DNA of 11,666 nucleotides from Candidatus Methylomirabilota bacterium (GTDB lineage Bacteria; Methylomirabilota; Methylomirabilia; Rokubacteriales; CSP1-6): NCBI GenBank assembly GCA_046726415.1, contig JBKPAK010000058.1, positions 1 to 11,666 of the forward strand, read 5' to 3'. Shown piece by piece: positions 7,078 to 11,666 of this stretch (position 1 is its first letter; each line of letters starts with the position of its first letter). The notes under the pieces were generated by a model. It saw only the letters and a program-made list of their open reading frames with translations, ran no database searches and was not told where the DNA came from. The position numbers and the translations under genes were made by a program.

Positions 7078-7082
7078 TCACC

Positions 7083-7310
7083 ATGGCGACAATCATCGTT
7101 CGTAACCTCGATGACGAGGTGGCCGAGCGGCTCCGCCTGCAGGCCCGCCTCCGCGGCGTGTCGGTCGAGCAGGAGGCCAGGCGCATCCTCGCCGAGGGCA
7201 CGCGGACAGGCCGTGCGGAGATCGCCGCGCGGGCCGCCGCCATCCGCGCCCGCCAGCGCCCGCACCGTTCCCGCGGTGTCGATCTCATCAGGGAGGATCG
7301 GGAGCGATGA
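7083..7310 (+). CDS. fitA: FitA-like ribbon-helix-helix antitoxin
   Basis: MATIIVRNLDDEVAERLRLQARLRGVSVEQEARRIL is a FitA/StbC-type RHH. The C-terminal SRGVDLIREDRER is typical of this family. ATGA overlap with the PIN gene. Confidence 0.9.
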   Translation: MATIIVRNLDDEVAERLRLQARLRGVSVEQEARRILAEGTRTGRAEIAARAAAIRARQRPHRSRGVDLIREDRER

Positions 7311-7789
7311 GGCGGCGCCCGGCCACTAGGGTTCGCCGCTCGCACGCGCGCGAACGCGCCTCCCGGTACACGATCGCCGCGGCGGGCCCAGTTGTCGTCG
7401 ACGCCTCGATCGCCTTTCTGTGGTTTGCGAACGAGTTAGACCAGTCGGGAGCGGAGCGGCTGCTCGAAACCGAGTTGCCCCTTCTGGCACCGGATCTCAT
7501 GGCGGTCGAGGTCACCAACGCCTGGTGGAAGAAGCTCCGGCGTCGTGAGATGGAGACAGCCGATGTCGAGCAGGCCGTCACCAACCTGCTCGCCCTGGAG
7601 ATCTCCTGGACGCCGTCGTCGGCGCTGCTCAGGCCTGCTGTCCGCCTGGCCGTCGAGCTGGGGCACCCGGTTTACGACTGCGTGTACCTGGCCCTCGCTG
7701 CGTCCCGCGCGGCCTCGCTCGCGACCGCCGACGGGCGCCTCCGGCAGGCGGCGGAGCGCGTCGGCGTCGCGCTCTGGCCCGGTCGTTGA
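7307..7789 (+). CDS. vapC: PIN-domain VapC toxin
   Basis: All four PIN acidic positions are present: VVDAS, AVEVTNA, VYDCVYLALA and LATAD. Confidence 0.92.
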   Translation: MRRRPATRVRRSHARERASRYTIAAAGPVVVDASIAFLWFANELDQSGAERLLETELPLLAPDLMAVEVTNAWWKKLRRREMETADVEQAVTNLLALEISWTPSSALLRPAVRLAVELGHPVYDCVYLALAASRAASLATADGRLRQAAERVGVALWPGR

Positions 7790-7799
7790 CGGCTCGCCG

Positions 7800-9347
7800 C
7801 TACTTCTTGAGGCGCAGATCCTCCAGCGGTGCGGCGTAGGGGAAGGCGGGGATCAGGCTCAGGGCCGGCTCCTCGGCTCGCGAGCCCACCCCGCGGATGA
7901 AGCCGTTCTCCCAGATGGGCGCGAAGACCACGCGCTCGTGGAGGATGCGCTGGATCTGGTGGAGCATCTCTTCGCGTCGCTTGCGGTCGAGCTCTCGCGC
8001 CTGGCGCAGGAAGAGATCCTCCACCTCGGGCAGCACCCCGTAGGCGTAGGTACCGTTCCGGGTCGCCACTCCCTCGATCCGGGTGGCAGCGTTGCCGCCG
8101 GCGCCCTGCGCGCCCAGGACGATGCCCTTGAGCTTCTTCTCGCCCCAGGCGGTGAGGAAGGCGGCGCGCTCGAGCGTCCTCAGCCGGACCTTGATCCCGA
8201 CCGCGCCGAGGTTCGTCCCGATCGCCTCCGCCATCGAGAAGTAGGGCGGATTCGGCGTGATGTCGCCGGCGTCGAACCCGTTGGGATAGCCGGCCTCGGT
8301 GAGCAGCTGCTTGGCGCGCTTGGGGTCATACGGATGCGGATCGATGGGCAGGGCGAACTCCATGTGCCGGGGCACGATGTTGCCGGTCAACCCCGAGAAG
8401 CCCAGTGCTTCGGCCTCGTTGGTGGCCTTGCGATCGATGGCCAGGCTGGCCGCGAGGCGCACGCGCTGGTCGTGCCAGGGCGATTTGGGATCCCACTGCT
8501 CGACGAAGTCGAGGAAGAAGACGCTGTTGGTCCGCACGGCCATCAGCTTCAGACCCGCTGTGCGGCGCACGTCTTCCGCGATCGGGCCGTTCAGGAAATA
8601 GGCGACGTCGACCTCGCCGCGCTTGAGGGCGGCGGCGCGGGTCGTCTCATCGGGGACGCTCTTGAGCACGATGCGCTTCACACTGGGGGCCTTCCGCCAG
8701 TAGCCCTCGAACGCCTCGAGGACCAGCTCGATTCCTGGGTTCACGCTGACGAACCGGTAGGGGCCCGCCCCGATGGGAGCCTTCTGGAAGCCGGTATCGC
8801 CGACCTTCTCGACGTATTTCTTCGGCACGACCCAGCCGGCGCCGGTCGCGGTGGTGCCGTAGAACGTCAGGAAATCCGGCCACGGCTCCTTCAGGACGAA
8901 GCGCACCCGCCGTGGATCGATGACCCGGACCTCTTTCACGCGCTCCTTGAGGAGCTTGGCCGCGCCACCGTGATAGCGCTCGAAGGAGAACTTCACGTCG
9001 TCCGCGGTGACCGGGTCCCCGTTGTGGAACTTGACGCCGTTCCGCAAGACGAACTCATACGCGAGGCTGTCCTTCGACACCGTCCACGATTCGGCGAGGC
9101 TCGGGGTGGTGAGACCACTCGGCATGGGCTTCACCAGCGCGTCGTGAATGCCGTAGAGGACCATGAAGGGCGTGATGGCCGACTCGGTCTCCGCCGGGTC
9201 GAGCCACCGTGGAGCCAAGGTGACGTGCGCCGCGAAGTTCATCTGGCCTTCGGGGGCGGCCGCGAGCTGGGCTGGGAATGTTGACAGGAGCACGACCGCC
9301 AGGAACAAGGCCGTCACGCCGAGGGCCGATCGAGCCGTCTGGATCAT
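7800..9347 (-). CDS. ABC transporter substrate-binding protein, family 5 (peptide/nickel type)
   Basis: GGAGGT RBS before ATG 9347 and an N-terminal signal peptide. Motifs PSLAESW, LRNGVKFHNGDPVTADDVKFS, IGAGPY and YDPKRAKQLLTEAGYPNGF. Confidence 0.93.
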   Translation of the reverse strand: MIQTARSALGVTALFLAVVLLSTFPAQLAAAPEGQMNFAAHVTLAPRWLDPAETESAITPFMVLYGIHDALVKPMPSGLTTPSLAESWTVSKDSLAYEFVLRNGVKFHNGDPVTADDVKFSFERYHGGAAKLLKERVKEVRVIDPRRVRFVLKEPWPDFLTFYGTTATGAGWVVPKKYVEKVGDTGFQKAPIGAGPYRFVSVNPGIELVLEAFEGYWRKAPSVKRIVLKSVPDETTRAAALKRGEVDVAYFLNGPIAEDVRRTAGLKLMAVRTNSVFFLDFVEQWDPKSPWHDQRVRLAASLAIDRKATNEAEALGFSGLTGNIVPRHMEFALPIDPHPYDPKRAKQLLTEAGYPNGFDAGDITPNPPYFSMAEAIGTNLGAVGIKVRLRTLERAAFLTAWGEKKLKGIVLGAQGAGGNAATRIEGVATRNGTYAYGVLPEVEDLFLRQARELDRKRREEMLHQIQRILHERVVFAPIWENGFIRGVGSRAEEPALSLIPAFPYAAPLEDLRLKK

Positions 9348-9390
9348 GCTGACCTCCGGGGCGGTGGATTCGCCGTCTCCACGCGGAGCC

Positions 9391-9419
9391 ATACTGGCCG
9401 GTGAGAGCGGCGGCGTCAA
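9391..9419 (-). promoter_or_regulatory. Possible sigma70-type promoter for the solute-binding protein gene
   Basis: Minus-strand TTGACG (9419-9414), 17-nt spacer, then CAGTAT (9396-9391). Confidence 0.35.
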
Positions 9420-9496
9420 GGTGTGCAGGTGCCCAGAACCATCGCGGCGGCAAGGCCGTAGCGCAGCGGCTCGGTCCTCCCGTATGCTGGCTCGCA

Positions 9497-10570
9497 ATGC
9501 GATTTGGCGTCTTCTTCCAGGCCCCGGAGTCGCCAGGACACACGCACGCCGAGCGCTATGCCGAGATGTTCGATCTCATCGCGCTCGCCGAGTCGCTCGG
9601 CTTCGACGTAGCCTGGCTGGCCGAGATCCACTTCGGCGGCGCCTTCTCGCTCCTGCCGGATCCCCTCATGGTGGTGCCGGTGATCGCTCAGCGCACGCGG
9701 CGGATTCGCATCGGGACCGCCGTCACCCTGCTGCCGCTGCATCATCCGCTGAGCTGCGCGGAGCACGCCGCGACTGCCGACCTCCTGTCCGGCGGGCGCC
9801 TTGAGTTCGGGGTCGGCCGGGGCTCGATCCCCACCCAGTTTCACGGATTCGGCGTGCCCGTGGCGGAGAACCGCGCCCGCTTCGACGAGGCCCTCGAGAT
9901 CATCCGTCTGGCGTGGACGCAGGAGCGCTTCAGCTATCGCGGCCGGTTCTATCAGGTCGAGAACCTCGCGGTGGCGCCCAAACCGCTGCAGCGGCCCCAC
10001 CCGCCCATCCGCGTCGCCGTCCACACGGCGGAGAGCTTCGCCCACATCGGCGACCTGGGTCTGCCCATCTACTCGGGAACGACCACCACGCCTCTGCCGC
10101 AGCTCCGCGAGTGCATGGCGCTCTATCGAAACCGTCTCGAGGCCGGCGGCCACCCGTGGCAGAGCGACCAGATGGCGCTCATGCTGCCCGTCCACGTCGG
10201 CGCCACCGCGGGCGCCGCGCGGGCCGCGATGCGGCCGGGCGTGCACCAGTACTACAAAAACCTGCAGACCATCTTCTCGCAGCTGCCGGAGACGTATGTC
10301 GACCATCTGCCGCGCCTCCGGGCGATCGAAGAGAACGTGGCCAACCTTCCGTACGATCGGTTCTGCCGCGATCAGGGCGCCTTCGGCGACACCTCGGAGG
10401 TGATCGACCGGCTCCAGGCCGCCCGCGACGAGTTCGGACTCTCGCAGATCATCTGCTGGTTCGACCAGGGGTCGATGCTGTCGCGCGACGAGGTCGAGCG
10501 CACCATGCGGCGGTTCGCCGATCACGTCATGCCGAAGCTCGCGTCTCGCGCGCCCGGCCAGGCTCGCTGA
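9497..10570 (+). CDS. LLM class (luciferase-like) flavin-dependent oxidoreductase
   Basis: MRFGVF start, AESLGFDVAWLAEIHF, IRIGTAVTLLPLHHP, DLLSGGRLEFGVGRG, PKPLQRPHPPI and FADHVMP. Confidence 0.93.
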   Translation: MRFGVFFQAPESPGHTHAERYAEMFDLIALAESLGFDVAWLAEIHFGGAFSLLPDPLMVVPVIAQRTRRIRIGTAVTLLPLHHPLSCAEHAATADLLSGGRLEFGVGRGSIPTQFHGFGVPVAENRARFDEALEIIRLAWTQERFSYRGRFYQVENLAVAPKPLQRPHPPIRVAVHTAESFAHIGDLGLPIYSGTTTTPLPQLRECMALYRNRLEAGGHPWQSDQMALMLPVHVGATAGAARAAMRPGVHQYYKNLQTIFSQLPETYVDHLPRLRAIEENVANLPYDRFCRDQGAFGDTSEVIDRLQAARDEFGLSQIICWFDQGSMLSRDEVERTMRRFADHVMPKLASRAPGQAR

Positions 10571-10601
10571 GCCGACCACCTTCGCGTTTGGAGGGACATC
10601 G

Positions 10602-11315
10602 ATGCCACGCGACCAGGTCGCCTTCATCACCGGCGGAGCCAGCGGCATCGGCCGCGCCCTGGCCGCAGCGCTCGTGCGCGAGGGCGCGCGCGTCGCCATC
10701 GGCGACATCAACCCGGAGATCGATGCCGTCGCCCGCGATCTCGGCGCCGCCATGGGCGTCCGCGTGGACGTGACCGACCCGCTTCAGGTGGAGACCGCGA
10801 TCGAAGGCATCGTCCGCGCGCAGGGAGGCCTGCACATCCTGGGCAACGTGGCCGGTGTCTATCGCAGAGCGACCGTGGCCGACATGACGCCGAAGCAGTG
10901 GGACGAGACGCTCGATGCCAACCTCAAGAGCGCCTTCCTGTGCTCGCATTTCGCGCTGCCGCCCATGCTCCGGCAGTGCTATGGCCGCATCGTCAGCATC
11001 GCGAGTGGTCTCGGCGTACGCGGCGCCGCGCGCAGCTCAGCCTACGCCGCCTCCAAGGCGGGTCTGATGGCCTTCAGCACGTCGCTATCGCAGGAGGTCT
11101 TCGACCAGGGCGTCACCGTCAATTGCATCGCTCCGGGAATCACCGAGACGCCCTTGATGCGCAAGGCCAACACGCCGGAGGAGATCCAGACGGCGGTCGC
11201 GCGGAGCGGTCGGCCGCTGGGCCAACCCGACGACGTCGTGGCGCCATTCCTGTTCTTGATCAGCGACGGCGCCCAGACCATCAGCGGCGTGACGCTGTGG
11301 ATGAGGAACCCCTAG
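10602..11315 (+). CDS. SDR family NAD(P)-dependent oxidoreductase (FabG-like)
   Basis: GAGGG RBS. Motifs TGGASGIG, NVAG, catalytic Ser in IAS, YAASK and VNCIAPG. Confidence 0.93.
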   Translation: MPRDQVAFITGGASGIGRALAAALVREGARVAIGDINPEIDAVARDLGAAMGVRVDVTDPLQVETAIEGIVRAQGGLHILGNVAGVYRRATVADMTPKQWDETLDANLKSAFLCSHFALPPMLRQCYGRIVSIASGLGVRGAARSSAYAASKAGLMAFSTSLSQEVFDQGVTVNCIAPGITETPLMRKANTPEEIQTAVARSGRPLGQPDDVVAPFLFLISDGAQTISGVTLWMRNP

Positions 11316-11362
11316 GAGACATCACCGCGTGTCGGAGAAGGTCGGCGGCGCGACTAGGAAGA

Positions 11363-11423
11363 TGGGAGGCCTCGACAGGGCCCCCCAAGCCCCCCGCGCT
11401 TGTCGCGCCCCGGGGAACCCGGG
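11363..11423. repeat. GC-rich palindromic (REP-like) intergenic element
   Basis: Imperfect stem GGGAGGCCT..GGGCCCCCC, followed by AAGCCCCCC and a second stem GCCCCGGG-GAA-CCCGGGC. Only one copy is in the window, so its repeat nature is unproven. Confidence 0.35.
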
Positions 11424-11475
11424 CATCGTAGCAGAGCGACGAGCGGGCCGTGCGGCTCCTTCCCCGCCTCATCAA

Positions 11476-11503
11476 CGCCGCGGCCATGGATTGGCTCGCG
11501 GCG
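11476..11503. terminator. Hairpin between convergent SDR and Ldh_2 genes
   Basis: CGCCGCGGCCA-tggat-TGGC(t)CGCGGCG forms an 11-bp stem with one bulge. There is no U-tract. Confidence 0.3.
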
Positions 11504-11527
11504 GCGTCTGACTCCCGAATCGGCGAT

Positions 11528-11666
11528 TCACGCGAGAGATCGGAGCGGCGATACTCCGAAGCGCGCGGCGACTTCGCCGAGCCGGACCCACGTCGCGTCT
11601 TCGATCGGGATGCCCTCGCGCCGGCGGCGTTGCTCGGTGCGGTGCTCGATCTCGCCGGGGTAGAGA
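11528..11666 (-). CDS. Ldh_2 family (malate/L-lactate/ureidoglycolate dehydrogenase-like) oxidoreductase, 3' end only
   Basis: Manual translation gives LYPGEIEHRTEQRRRREGIPIEDATWVRLGEVAARFGVSPLRSLA-stop. PGE.E......GIP....W is the Ldh_2 C-terminal pattern. Not present in the ORF track. Confidence 0.82.
   Translation of the reverse strand, partial: LYPGEIEHRTEQRRRREGIPIEDATWVRLGEVAARFGVSPLRSLA

Noticed and set aside
5643-7789. Calling the cyclase locus a bona fide Pycsar system
   Set aside because: No PycTIR/PycTM-type cNMP-binding effector is adjacent and no PycC clade assignment is possible by eye. It is kept only as an analogy.
7545-9284. 579-aa plus-strand ORF
   Set aside because: Antisense shadow of the solute-binding protein gene, typical of high-GC codon bias, with no recognisable motifs.
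9348-9497. Extended starts for the binding protein (9497) and the LLM (9401)
   Set aside because: They would overlap head-to-head. The RBS and signal peptide support 9347, and the family-typical MRFG supports 9497.
9416-10753. 445-aa minus-strand ORF and similar shadow ORFs (613..1347, 1403..2062, 3012..3743, 4224..5045, 5511..6191)
   Set aside because: All are antisense to well-supported genes and lack domain motifs.
1-11666. CRISPR array, tRNA/rRNA, IS element or integrase
   Set aside because: No regularly spaced repeats, cloverleaf, terminal inverted repeats or transposase/recombinase motifs were seen by eye.

Overview
High-GC bacterial genomic DNA. The gene style (orphan family-5 solute-binding protein, LLM and SDR oxidoreductases, MKCPxC zinc ribbon, class III cyclase) resembles Ca. 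Rokubacteria/Methylomirabilota, but that assignment is only an impression. Left to right: (i) a frameshifted, internally deleted second copy of the fitAB/vapBC toxin-antitoxin locus (1-133); (ii) on the minus strand, a frameshifted zinc-ribbon micro-ORF coupled to a DUF4157 (eCIS-core, HExxH) protein whose DUF4347/caspase-fold-like His and Cys motifs are split over two frames (210-2276); (iii) a plus-strand aromatic-catabolism-like operon of VOC protein, gentisate 1,2-dioxygenase-like bicupin, a truncated MDR-dehydrogenase stub and an MFS transporter frameshifted at a G8 tract; (iv) a fusion of a PD-(D/E)xK nuclease-like domain to a class III nucleotide cyclase with non-canonical base-specificity residues (5643-6851), the best candidate for an undescribed system; (v) an intact FitA-like/VapC TA pair with FitA-type operator boxes; (vi) an orphan ABC solute-binding protein, an LLM oxidoreductase, an SDR, and the 3' end of an Ldh_2-family gene. 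No rRNA, tRNA, CRISPR array, transposase or integrase was seen. All family calls come from motif recognition by eye, not from database searches.
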